From Octopus sinensis (Eukaryota), in the NCBI RefSeq assembly GCF_006345805.1, contig NC_043006.1, positions 4,836,001-4,900,000 of the forward strand: a stretch of 64,000 bases of DNA, read 5' to 3'. Position 1 is the first letter of the stretch; each line of letters begins with the position of its first letter. The notes beneath the pieces were generated by a model. It worked only from the letters and a program-made list of their open reading frames with translations. It searched no databases and was not told where the DNA came from. The position numbers and the translations under genes were made by a program. Shown piece by piece: positions 40,352-53,022 of the stretch.

Positions 40352-40583
40352 TTCTTTAATACCCACAGGGGGCTAAACACAGAGGGGACAAACAAGGACA
40401 GACATAGGTATTAAGTCGATTACACCGACCCCAGTTAGTAACTGGTACTTAATTTATCGACCCCGAAAGGATGAAAGGCAAAATTTTGACCTCGGCAGCA
40501 TTTGAACTCAGAACGTAGCGGCAGACGAAATACCGCTGAGCATTTCGCCCGATGTGCTAATGATTCTGCCAGCTCGCCGCCTT
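40352..40583 (-). mobile_element. SINE family A monomer
   Basis: Reverse-complement match to family A. Confidence 0.88.
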
Positions 40584-41005
40584 CATCGAGATGTAATACA
40601 ATATTTGGAGTTAGCAAGTGATTGAGTAAAGATTTGATTTTTCAATAAACGTTAAATGCAAGGCGTCCGTTACGCATCTGGTTTGAAATAGTTTTTTTGC
40701 AAACATTCCTATATTTTTCGCACAGTCACTTGTGTTATCATTCTCTTTGAGAGTTCCATAAAGTATGGATTACCTTTTTCAGCATAGTTTGCAAGATCTG
40801 TACTGAAGATACTCTCGTGTTCTGAGTTCAAATTCGGCCGAGATTAATTGTCCTTACCACCATTCTATTGTCGATAGAATACGACATTTGAAAATTGACC
40901 GATTATATTTCAATAATGCATCCCTCATTTGATTTAACTTATAAAAATCTAAAAGGAAGAACTATTTCAAATGTTAATAGCATATTCTATAATATTTTGG
41001 TTTCT

Positions 41006-41405
41006 GCGGCGAGCTGGCAGAATCGTTAGCACCCCGGGCGAAATGCTTAGCGGTATTTCGTCTGACACTACGTTCTGAGTTCAAATTCCGTCGAGGTCGA
41101 CTTTGCCTTTCATCCTTTCGGGGTCGATAAATTAAGCACCAGTTACGCACTGGGGTCGATGTAATCGACTTAAATCCGTTTGTCTATCTTTGTTTGTCTC
41201 CTTTGTGCGTAGCCCCTCGTGGGCAGTAAAGAAATAGGTATTTCGCTCGTCTTTACGTTCTGAGTTCAAATACCGCTGAGGTCGAGTTTGCCTTTTATTC
41301 TTTCGAGGTTGATAGAATAAGTACCAGTTGAGCACTAGGGTCAATGTAATTGATTTGACTCCTCCCCCGAAATTGCTAGCCTTGTGCCAAAAGTTGAAAC
41401 CATTA
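41006..41405 (+). mobile_element. SINE family A dimer; second unit has a different 3' tail
   Basis: ATTTCG marker at 41055 and 41240 (185 nt apart); the second unit ends CCCCCGAAATTGCTAGCCTTGTGCCAAAAGTTGAAACCATT. Confidence 0.85.
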
Positions 41406-41946
41406 TACAGGACAGCACTGAGCTATACCTGTTATACCCGTGAAATTTATATTTTCTTATACACGCCTACAAGAATTCAGCATCTCTCTGAAGACATGTG
41501 GCATTGTAAATGTGACGTTGCATTTCAGGAAAATGCTGCTGTCAAGTTTTCTGTATATTTCCCCCAGCAAATTATCTCTGAAATGCGAGAACATCATGGG
41601 ACCAAAATACAGTAAAATTCATTAGTAGAGGAATTCAAATTGATAATTTACAACTATTGCGAAGCTGGCAAATAAGCTGCTGGAGAGAAAGTGATCAGAT
41701 GGAATTACCAATGTGAATGCTTTAGTTGTCATTTATAAAATGCATTATGCTACACTTCCGCAATTAAATTCACTGAATTTCCGTTAAAACGCACACAATA
41801 AAACGAAATCTGCCAATAAATTCTAATATATTTCCTGTGTGAATAAACAAATGAGTTAATTTAGTCTTCCTCTCATTTATTTCTCTTACCTTCTGATACA
41901 ACATACATGTGTGTTCAAACATACATACATACAAATATACATACAT

Positions 41947-42032
<86 letters not shown>

Positions 42033-42538
42033 TGATATGTACACACACACATATAAGTATATATGTGTGTGTATGTGCGAACGTGTGTGCGTGTTGGTAT
42101 GTGTGTGTGCGCGAATGTATGTATATATGTGTATACATTGTGTGTGTGTGTGTGTGTCTCTATCATTTTGAGTTGACTGAGACTTGTTCCAAGGACCTGG
42201 ATTAACAAGACGATAAGGCGAAACTTGAAGTCCAAGTCAACTCAGAGTGATTTATATATTTGATATGTCGAATCCCCAGCATTATTTGTAACATTAGAAC
42301 CTTTTTTACCCTAAGGCGGTGCCTCTGCATTGCTGCAGTCCAAAGGCTGAACTAAGCAATTAAATGACATAACAGTATGCACACACACACACACGCCCAC
42401 GCACCCACACGTACACGCACACACAAACGCACATGCACACACGTGCACATATACACACGTTCATGCACACACACACACACGCACACACGCCCACGAACCC
42501 ACATGCACACGCACACGCATGCACAAACGCACATGCAT

Positions 42539-42593
<55 letters not shown>

Positions 42594-43318
42594 AAGACAC
42601 ACACTCATGATGCCTGTATATCTACCACATTTAAATTAACTAATTTCAGAATGGAGTGATGGAATGTAATAATTACCCAGTTAATAATCTTAGTGAATAT
42701 TTCTATGCTTAAATCAAATGATAAATTACTGAAATAAAATGTTTTTTCGGAACAAACTAAATCTAAACTAAATTATAAAATTTTGACTTCTATTTTCATA
42801 AGTAATATTTATTTAAAAACAATTTGGGGAAATGAAATTGCCGTGAGGAAACGGTTGGCTACAACTGCCCACTGGATTTTGAATCCAATCGCGGTGTTTT
42901 GTAGTAGATTTAGTTAGCATCGTTAATATGACATGGATATGGTGTAAGGAAAATAGCTACAAGATCTCCAGAAAGTGCTGCCAGGACAAAGAATTAATCC
43001 GAGTTAGTTCCTTAGGATTTCGAAGGTATTACAAGTATTTATTATTAGTTTGTTCAGTATGTTTAATCTTGCATTTCTTTGTCCCTAATCAAGTTAAAAT
43101 CTCTATGAATACAATTGAACCTGACGCAAATAAAATCACAAATTTTCTCCCAAAGAAAGATTCTTGTAAATTCAGATCAAAGTGGGGTTTCATTGTACGA
43201 TGAGGACACTTAGGTAAAAGATTTAATAAAATCGATAAAACTGCTCTGAATTTGTTTTTCTTAAAATATGGAAAACAAAAATACAATTTCGAAGGCAAAG
43301 AGAATCTGTAAGTCCACA

Positions 43319-43590
43319 CTTGCAAACAACTTGTACATGCAAGTACTACCAGTCAAAAACTCCGCATACCAGAAGCCAGCAAGTGTATGGGGTCATCAGG
43401 AGAAAATGCGCGCCGTTTCGGGGCCTACCTCCCAACGGCATCAATGCGCACCGGCGCCCCTCACTGATATAAGGCCCCGCTTGCTAAAACAACTGGTTAT
43501 CAAATAAAGCTCAATATTCTTCTAGCCATCGCTCATCGTCTCTTTTTAACCAAATCCAGTGGCTAGCCTTCTCCACTGTAGATACAATGT
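43319..43590 (-). mobile_element. 3' end of an RLE-type (HERO-like) non-LTR retrotransposon, 5'-truncated
   Basis: Clear homology to 54941-55205, including coding end VEKASHWIWLKRDDERWLE and the 3'UTR to ...GTTGTTTGCAAG. Confidence 0.85.
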
Positions 43591-44038
43591 CCACGCTAGA
43601 TACAACGAAAGAAATTAAATTTTATTGTATATTTAATTCCGATGGAAATTTCTGTACCATTCCTAACGCTATGGTTTCGCTGAACATTTTGACAACTACT
43701 TTCATCTGTCTACTATCCGTTACGTAATTATTTATGTCACTCTCTGTTCTTGATTTTACGCATGTTTATACAGAGGAAGAGATTCTTGTACGCTGCGTTG
43801 TGCCTCTTTGTCTACGCTCCTTACTGATTGGATCTAAAAACTAAATGACGGATGAGGATGTTTATACACAAATTCACGTAAGTAATCTTCAGAAGACAAA
43901 CACCCCAAACCTTAGAATCTTTTAAAGGCAAACTGACTACAACTCGGACTATTTTGTTTATTTTATGCGGAAAATGAGTTTCCCAAAAGAAATGCAAATA
44001 TAATCAGTGTTCAGCTTTGGTCGACATTCTTTCTCTAG

Positions 44039-44150
44039 CGTTTGTGTGGGAGGAGATGTTTCAGTTATCGTTTGGTTACTTTCACAAGTGTCACTTTAAT
44101 TATCATTCGGCTAACTTAGATGAGTATGAAGAAGATTTGTGGAACAAGAG
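44039..44150 (+). CDS. Putative internal coding exon: FVWEEMFQLSFGYFHKCHFNYHSANLDEYEEDLWNK
   Basis: Strong acceptor ACATTCTTTCTCTAG| and donor GAG|GTAAGA; one fully open frame (phase 1 to 2). Confidence 0.5.
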
Positions 44151-44436
44151 GTAAGAGGAATTGATGGCGTTTAGTGAGCAATCAAATGAAGACGGATGTG
44201 TCAAAAAGAAATTAATAATAATAAGTTATATAATTAAATTTTAAAATTATTCGTGAAAATAAAATAGATATCAATGATTATATTTCACTATGGATATTAA
44301 ATGGGATCTCCCAAGGTGATGCGCTTAGACTCACACTTAAAACTATTTAACGTAAAATGAAAGAACTATGATACAGTAATCGTACTATTGATGTATCGGA
44401 TTATTCCCACGTAATAGCAATGAGTATTTACTGAAT

Positions 44437-44718
44437 GGAGGTGTAATGGCCTAGTGGTTAGAGCAGCGGACTCGCGGTCGGAGGATCGTGGTTTCGATTC
44501 CCAGACCGGGCGTTGAATATGTTTATTGAGCGGAAACACCTAAAAGATCCACGATGCTCCGACAGGGGGTGGTGGCGACCCCTGTTGTACTCTTTCGCCA
44601 CAACTTTCTCTCACTCTCTCTTCCTGTTTCTTGAGCTGGGAGGAACACATACGCCACAGAAACCGGGAAACCGCGCCCATGAGCCTGGCTAGGCTTGAAA
44701 AGGGCGACGTTTATCGTT
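44437..44718 (+). mobile_element. SINE family B variant (same head, shorter alternative tail)
   Basis: tRNA-like head; TSD TATTTACTGAAT at 44425-44436 and 44719-44730. Confidence 0.85.
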
Positions 44719-45284
44719 TATTTACTGAATGCCTCATCGTACGTTTAAAACATAAAGCGTTGACTTTCAAATGCTATCGGAAGTTTATTTCAGCCTACAT
44801 TTGGCTGTAGACATGCGCGGACGTAACAGAGATCATTATCTAAAAAAATAACTTAAATATTTACAGGTTCGAGTCATGGTTTAAGACATCAAAATGTGAA
44901 TTTTATGTCAAATAAGTCTAATGGAGAAAATATCGGTGTCGATATTTTTACTGTAAATGTTATAAGACCTATTTCACTTTCATTGGGTTTGGATTTTTAC
45001 TGATGGATTTCGGTGGATACATACCATTTCGTTCTTTGATCAACAAAAACGTGGTTTCTTGTCACTCATCAGTTTGTACGCGAGATTTGCAATAGTTTCT
45101 CTTAATTTGTAAAATTGTGTCTTCCAGTAGACTTTTTAGAAAAAACTTCATAATTTTAATTTTGTGGCTTTGCTAATTTTCCGTTTCAGAGGAAATTTGA
45201 AGCCACATATAACTTTGTATAGTTGTAGTATATAACTTTGCATCTACATTTGGTTTAATGATGAAATGTTGTTTTGTTGTTTGT

Positions 45285-45580
45285 TCCTTCTCTAGCCATG
45301 CCTGGCTCATAAGGGCCGATTTCCCGGTTTCCTTGGCGTATAGGTTCCCCACCTGGACAGGACGCCGGTCCGTTGCAGGTGAGCTGCTAGATGCAAGAGG
45401 AAAGAGTGAGAGAAAGTTGTGGCGAAAGAGTCAGCAGAAGTTCGCTGTTACCTTCTGCCGGAGCCGCGTAGAGCTTAGGTGTTTCGCTCATAAACACACA
45501 CATCGCCCGGTCTGAGATTCGAAGCCGCGAGCCCTCGACCGCGAATCCGCTGCTTTAGCCACTAGGCCATGTGCCTCCAC
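45285..45580 (-). mobile_element. SINE family B variant
   Basis: Reverse-complement homologue of 44437-44718. Confidence 0.8.
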
Positions 45581-46164
45581 AATGATAAAATGTAACAATT
45601 CTAAAGAACTACCCCAAGGGTTTGACATTTTCTTATCTATTTTGTTTTAAAAAAATTCTGGTTCTTAATTCAAAACAACACCACTTTCTACAGGCGAGAC
45701 TAATTAAATCTATTAAGAAAATAAATTACACACAAGTTAATGAATTAATGGTGATTCAATAATATTACATTTCGTTTTTGGATTTGGTTTGCAAGATTCT
45801 TTATATGAGTTCAAATCTATTGATAACTATTGAAAAAGTTGCAAGACGCAACGAAAATTTGAGGACAATAAAAATAAGAAAAAAGTGGAAATTTAACCGG
45901 TATGTGTGTTACATAATAAGGCACAAAAAGAAAATGACTCTCCCCAGACACAACACAATAATATTACAAAAAACAAATAAACAAACTACCTATAATTTCA
46001 TATGGTGTTTAGTCTTTAAAGGAAAAAAAATATTGGATTCCATTTCTAATAAATACTGGAAATGTTTCAAAAAGGATGTTGAATACTGTAAACTGTAATT
46101 TTATATGAATTTAAACATGTCGCCGCTTAAATAAAAATAAAAGAAACTCCTGCAAGTTTTAAGT

Positions 46165-46466
46165 ATTATCATGAATTCTCCTGACAGAGCCGACAGATGG
46201 GGTTCCGGAATTTTTTGCTGAGCAGTTTGCACAGATGATATGTTTACATGGATCAAGTTTTGTGATGTACAATAGCTCACCCCTGCCATCAAACAGACAT
46301 TGTCTGTGAAGCTGCATAATGTTCCACACGTCAGGTGTCGAAGTAATCGTAGAGCAACGTGAGATGAAGTTTTTACTCAAGAACAACTTACTGCCCGGGC
46401 TAGGATTCGAAACCACGATCTTGCGATCGTGAGTACAACTTCCTAAACACTAGGCCACACGGCCCT
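46165..46466 (-). mobile_element. tRNA-derived SINE, family D
   Basis: Head GGGCCGTGTGGCCTAGTGTTTAGG...GGTTTCGAATCC with A/B-box-like motifs, then a body unrelated to families A-C. Confidence 0.6.
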
Positions 46467-48959
46467 CGTAGGCTATATGATCTTGATATTATGCTTTCTG
46501 TACATTACGCATTCCTTAATTCTCACAGAATTTGTATAGTGTATCGAACCAGGAGATCAGACTATAAACTTTAATTCAAAGAGTAGTTCCAGATAGCAAT
46601 AGTTCGGCTAGAATACTGTAGTTATTTCTGAGAAATAATTATTCTTCGTTTATTTAAAAATTACTCGGCATTGTACTATGGAAATATATCTGACTCTGCT
46701 TTAAAGTGGTTAATGAAATATCGTTGGAACTCGGTCATTTGATTCCTTAAATTTCACTTGCACTATATTGTAAATCAACCATCAATATAGTTTTCGCCCT
46801 TGACAGCACCGCAAATTTTCAGGAATTACTCATAGATTATTGCTGCAGTAACTTATACAAGTTACCAATTAGTACACGTACATATTTTCAGTGTTAAATG
46901 TTACTTATACTTCTAATTTGAAAAGAACATTAAATCGCAAAAGAACACGGTGGTGCTCCAGTATGGCCTAACTCCAGTAGCTGAAACGTGTAAAAGACTA
47001 AAAGGATATTTGTTTCAGATATTTTGTGTATGTGTCTGTTATGTAGAAACATACAGAAAATTGAGGCATATTTATTTCAGGTAGAGAATTATAAACATTC
47101 GTGCTACACAGTTATCTAATGAAATAATATCATTGAGATTCATAATTAGATTTGAAAAGTTTCTAATCAGACTAGGTGTGCGTGTGTATGTATGAGTAAA
47201 CCTAAATTCCTAATTCACCAATGTAATGCTCATATTTAACTGGTGTCTATTTCAAGAGACGTCAGTAGGAATGTCTGTGATCAAAGACGAAAATGTATAT
47301 TTATAAATTACTTTGTTGTAGAAATTATTTCTTTTTATCTTTTAGTCTGGAGAGAAGGCTGTGCCCATGACTCTTTCCAGGGCCTTCGAGAATGCTGGGT
47401 AGGAGGTAGCTAAGTATCCTCAAACCGCAAAACCTGGATCGAATGCTATAGCAATAATAAAGTGGATTCCGCTAAAGGTACCAAAGGTTCCATGTTGGTA
47501 GTGTTAAACTAGGCGTCTGTGGGATTTGAAGTTAGGACACGTAGAGCAGAAAAATACCACGAAGTATTTGGTCCAATGTTCTTAAAGTCCCTTCAGTCCA
47601 CCAACTTGGATTCGCACTCCATTATCAACCCGAGAGGATGAATGGCAAGGATAACTTCCGCAGGAATTGAACTTAGAGCGCAGTAAGTCGAAATAAATAC
47701 CGCGAAACATTCTGTCCGACGCTCTAACGAATCTACTAATTTGCTGCCTCAGACATGGTTTCGTACAAATTTGTTGTGAAGGATTTTAAAGGGTGTGACA
47801 AAAAGCCTTCCATTTTAACATTCTTGGCCGTGTAGATTATGGGTAGCTTTTCTGCTGTACCCGGTATAAAACCGATTCAGCAATCTTCTGTACTTCGTTT
47901 AAATTTCAAATGCAAACTCAGTTTTGGTGGGATTTGAACTCAGAAAATAAAAGATTAGACCAGATGTGTTTGATTCGGACCGCTATCATGTTTGAAACCT
48001 TGTATTCATTGTTAAACATGTTGCTTTTGATACTTGTTTTGGGCTTTTTGAGATATTGTGTAATCTGGTTTAAGATCCTTCCATTTTTAACCAGCTGAGG
48101 TGTAGGTTTTAACCAGCTGAGGTGTAGGTCTGAGTGTTATTTCTAGCATGTCATGAAACTCTGTAGACATTTTAAAAAGTATTTATATGTACACACACGC
48201 TCCCTAACACACACATACACATACACACACACAACTATGTGTGTATACCATCTCTCTCCCTATATATATATATATATACACATACATACATACATACATA
48301 CATACATACATACATACATACATACATAGACACGTACACACATACATACGTGTGTATCATCATCGATTTTAGAGTCCACTTTTCTAGTATGGGGCGTACG
48401 GCGTTTTGTGAGGCGGAATTTCAACGGCCGGATGCTGTTCCTGTCGACAACGTTTACCTACAGCCAAGCAAATTAATGTTTCCCGATGTTCAGGCAGAAT
48501 ATTGTAAACGAACGACATTCGTTTACGTCACACGATGTCAAAACAAGGTGACACCAACATAAAGAGACACAGACAGACAAAAATACAGATACATACATAC
48601 ATACATATATATATATATATATGTATTTGTGTGTGTGTGTATGTGTGGATAGCTAGATAGATAGACAGATAGACAGACAGATCTGGTGTGCAAAATGCAG
48701 ACTAGACAACAACCACGTTATTGCCAACTGCAAGAGGATGTTTTCCCGATATTATCTTCCCATGATATAGTGGCCGGAATAGCCTGGAACAGGATAACGA
48801 AAAAGTAAACATCCAAGCAATATGGTCAAAGTCGATCATATTGAATTTTGATGGGTCAAAAGAATATTGGAGGAACTTAAAAATTAGTATAACCACCAAC
48901 AAGCCATATATATCTGTATATATGTGTGTGCGTACACACAGACACCTATATATATGTAC

Positions 48960-49001
<42 letters not shown>

Positions 49002-49155
49002 ATATATATACCTGTGTGTGTGTGTGTTCATACATATGTATGTGCGCATGTGTATTTATATTGTCCGTATTATCTATTGTAAGTATAACTTTAAAGGTGA
49101 AATATCCAAATCCTTTACCCTATGAAAACCTATCTCTCTTTGCACATGCACACAC

Positions 49156-49249
<94 letters not shown>

Positions 49250-49349
49250 AAGAATAATTGAAGAAAATACAAATGCCTATCTATAATAGATTATGTTTAA
49301 GATTTTCTTTCTAACGAAAAATATGTCTTATTTGTATAATTGATAATTC

Positions 49350-49530
49350 TTCCAAATTTTGGCACACGGCCAGTAGTTTTTGGGTGGAAGTCGATTATAT
49401 TGATCCCTGTACTTGATTGTTACTTATTTTATCAACCCCCGAAAGGGTGAAAAGCAAATTCGATCTCGCTGGAATTTGAGTCTAAGTATTTTGTCCGGCG
49501 TGCTAACGATTCTGCCAGCTCACTGCCTTC
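49350..49530 (-). mobile_element. SINE family A, diverged
   Basis: GTCGATTATATTGATCCC, TTATTTTATCAACCCCCGAAAGGGTGAAAAGC, GTGCTAACGATTCTGCCAGCTCACTGCC. Confidence 0.65.
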
Positions 49531-49899
49531 TTTGTATAATAGATAATGTCACCGCTTTCTCTATAGAGTTAAAATGTCCCAGCCGTTCTCAGTAATAGAA
49601 AAAATGTTATAGATTTTTTAAAATTCAACTTGTGCACGATCAAACATATTCTTTCTCTAACCATTAAGCTTAGATGTTAAAATTTTCATTTCTTCGGCCT
49701 ATAGTTACTCAATGCTTTACATTTTGTTCTGATGGGGACATTTTTTTTAACAGAGGCCGTGTTGTTGACGTCAGCGATACAGTGATTAAAGGTTCTTCCA
49801 CAAACACTCTGTCGACCTTTTGGCCTTTCATGATACGCACACTTATATTTTAATTTGTCAGCTTTTGGCGATTAGTTCCTGTTTTAGTCGATGTTATTC

Positions 49900-50465
49900 A
49901 AATTTTAAGGCTTCAAACGTGGAGTCCGCAGGGGAGGCAAATGTGGGTAACTGGGAAGTATTGGCTGAAAACTGTGCATCATGGAGAAAAATTGTCAAGA
50001 ATAAGTGTGGTCCCTGTGAGACAAAAGCACGTGGAGCATACTACTTTGAAGCAGTCACTCCGTAAACGAGGCTCAAATGCAGTGCCAGCAGAAATCCATC
50101 TGGAACTGAAGTGCAGTGTGTGGACGACTTTCTCTAAAGAACTGGATTAGTCAGCCACTTAAACTCACAGAAGCAAGGAGAAATCAAGTTGTTTGCGAGG
50201 TGGTTCACCGCCAAGTCGTCCGCAACACATTTGTAATGAGTGTGGCTTAATGTGTAAGTCAGCTGGCGGCCTGACTAGGCATGGTAAAATACATGAGGCC
50301 ACAACCCAGCCGGTGATTACAGGAGATAGAGAGTTCAAATGTTACTTCTGTCTATGAATTTGGTTGCAGAACACAAGCTGGGTCGAAGAGCCATCTGTGT
50401 GCACATGGTCGTATAAAGTTCAATGCAAAGGTGGCCATCTTCTGACAAGAAGGATCAACTAAATT
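49900..50465 (+). mobile_element. RTE-clade LINE 3' end with tandem C2H2 zinc fingers (decayed)
   Basis: NWEVLAENCASWRKIV; a degenerate finger at ~50110-50170; intact CNECGLMCKSAGGLTRHGKIH at 50232-50294; a third finger CYFC..KSHLCAH; terminal VAIF*QEG resembles RTE ends. Confidence 0.7.
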
Positions 50466-51306
50466 CATGAATGTATACAAATATTTGTTTTTGCTTTTTG
50501 GGTTAGACGAACAGCTGAATGGTTTAGGAGTTTACTTTAAAATCATAATTCTCTGGGTTCGATTCCCCTGCGTGACTGCTAGAGCTAATATCTTCTACCA
50601 TGGCTTTGGGTCGACCCAGCATTTTAGGGGAAACTGGGTAGACGGAATCTCTGTGGTGGATTCTACCTGTACTTCAAAGGTTCAGCCTTACCACACACCC
50701 TATTACGCTTTGTCTCGGGATTACATTGGGGTTACTCATGTCTGTGGAATACTCAGCGACTTTCACAAAAATTCAATGTATAAGTAGTTCACTTGATTGA
50801 AGAGCTGAAATAATCCTTGTCGAAACTGACGGATAACCATTTGTTTCTACCTTTTTCTATATCCGTGTCCTTCACGTCCTCAAGGTATGTAATTTGTTGT
50901 TGTTAAGCAAGACACTTAACACCACACACACTTCAGAGTATAGAGGTGATATGCATTGCCATATTGCTGTAGACTTAGAGTCGCCGTGTGTTTCCTGAGC
51001 AATCTGAGGTGTTTCAGTGAGCCACTGAAGTAATATAAGTTTAGTTTAGGCTCTGCGAATTAAATCAGGATATTATCTCTAAATAAATACATTATAAATC
51101 AACATAGTATCATTTCACTTTTGAATAACACTTCATACATACATACATACATACATACATACAAAAATACATACATACATACATACATACATACATACAT
51201 ACATACATACACATATATATATATATATATATATGTATGTAAATTCGAAATATTATACTTAATTACTAAGTATAATATTAGAAATATTTTATGAACCAAA
51301 TGAAGA

Positions 51307-51338
<32 letters not shown>

Positions 51339-51609
51339 TATATATATATGTATATGTATATATACATACATACATATATATATATATATATGTATATGTG
51401 TGTGTGTGTATATATAATGTTCACTAATTAAAGAAATGATTAGTATCAAATTAAAGTAGTGTCAGCAGTAATACATTTGATGAGTTAAACTACTTAGATA
51501 CGCAATCAGTATCACACACGCAAGTACTTCCTGCATGCATACATACATACATGCACACATAATTGCATGCATGCATAAATAGTTGTGAGTGCTGAGTTTC
51601 TTATTTGGA

Positions 51610-51670
51610 GAACGAATGAAGTAGACACTCCCGATGAGTCGGTAATGAGTAGGCGAAACTTTTTCGATTC
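51610..51670 (+). ncRNA. Candidate hammerhead-ribozyme-like fold (type III topology, U4C core variant)
   Basis: GUA triplet 51621-23, CCGAUGA 51631-37, stem II GUC/GGC, GAAA 51655-58, long stem III; stem I only 2 bp. Confidence 0.3.
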
Positions 51671-52767
51671 CATCTGCAGATGTAAGCCGCGATGATCTAA
51701 CCGCCTTATCTACTTGTACTGAGAGATTTACTATATGTTTATTAAACATACACAAGAAATTTATTAAAACGTATCGTTAAATAAATGTACAGATAAAAAA
51801 GTGTCTGCTGGTTGTATTTTCAATCTGAGGGTTGTTAGCTTCGAATGAAAACTGACAAAATGTCGCATTCTTCACACACATACACACGGACACTATACAT
51901 GCATTCTGCAAACATACAATAAGACTGTACTGGTACTAATATGCACAAGAACCTACATACACAGACAGATATGCATTCACACTCACACACATAAATACGA
52001 TCATACATTTTGTATGTGTGTATACACGTCTATACTTACACGTACGCACACACACAGATATATATATATATATGTATGTAAGAGGGGGAAGATTTAGTAC
52101 TCACCAAGTCACAATCCATTCATGGATAAGCGTATGTGGACCTTTATAAACACGCCCACCAAGAAGCACTCACTGGAAAGCACGTACGACCACCATGTAC
52201 AATTACTTCTTTACACATGCTCTGATATCGCCATTAATCGTGACATTATTAAGATAATCAGTTTTGTTTGTAAACAAATTAAGAAATTTTCTTGGTTCGA
52301 TGTTTCAGACGTTTCAGAACAAGGAAATACATGAAAAACATCAAATTGACAAAAAGAAAGAAAGAAAAAAACCCCCCACAAGAGACAGTAAGTATGATTT
52401 TGAAGGCATGTGCCAGGCATGTGTGTGTAACTGTTCTTACAACGGATATTACCTTATGAGTGGATAAATCTGAAGTGAACAGTATAGGCATATGGTGTCT
52501 GTTGCTACTGACATGTGGTTAGAGGTTGAAATCATTACGCGTGTACATATGGTACTTATAATTTCAATCTAGAGAGAAAGAATGTCTCGTGTGACATTGA
52601 AAGTAGTATACGTGTGCCGAGGGCAAAACCATAGAACATCAGAGCTGTTGACGGAATTAACACTGGCTTGATTATCGTGACTATAATATAAATATAAACA
52701 TATGCTGCCTGCCTTGAAATTATAACTTCATTCCAGCAGACCGACCGTTTCTACTCATAGGCGCAGG

Positions 52768-52935
52768 CATGGCTGTGTGGTAAGTAGTTTGATTCCCAAC
52801 CACCAGGTTCCGGGTTCAGTCCCACTGCGTGGAACCTTGGTCAAGTATCCTCTACTGTAGCCTCGGGCTGACCAAAATCTTGTGAATGCATTTAGTAGAC
52901 GAAAACTGAAAGGAGCCCGTCGTATATATATAATG

Positions 52936-53022
<87 letters not shown>

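Noticed and set aside
48085-48128. Perfect 22-bp tandem duplication TTTTAACCAGCTGAGGTGTAGG
   Set aside because: An isolated slippage duplication in what looks like decayed repeat DNA; no functional pattern.
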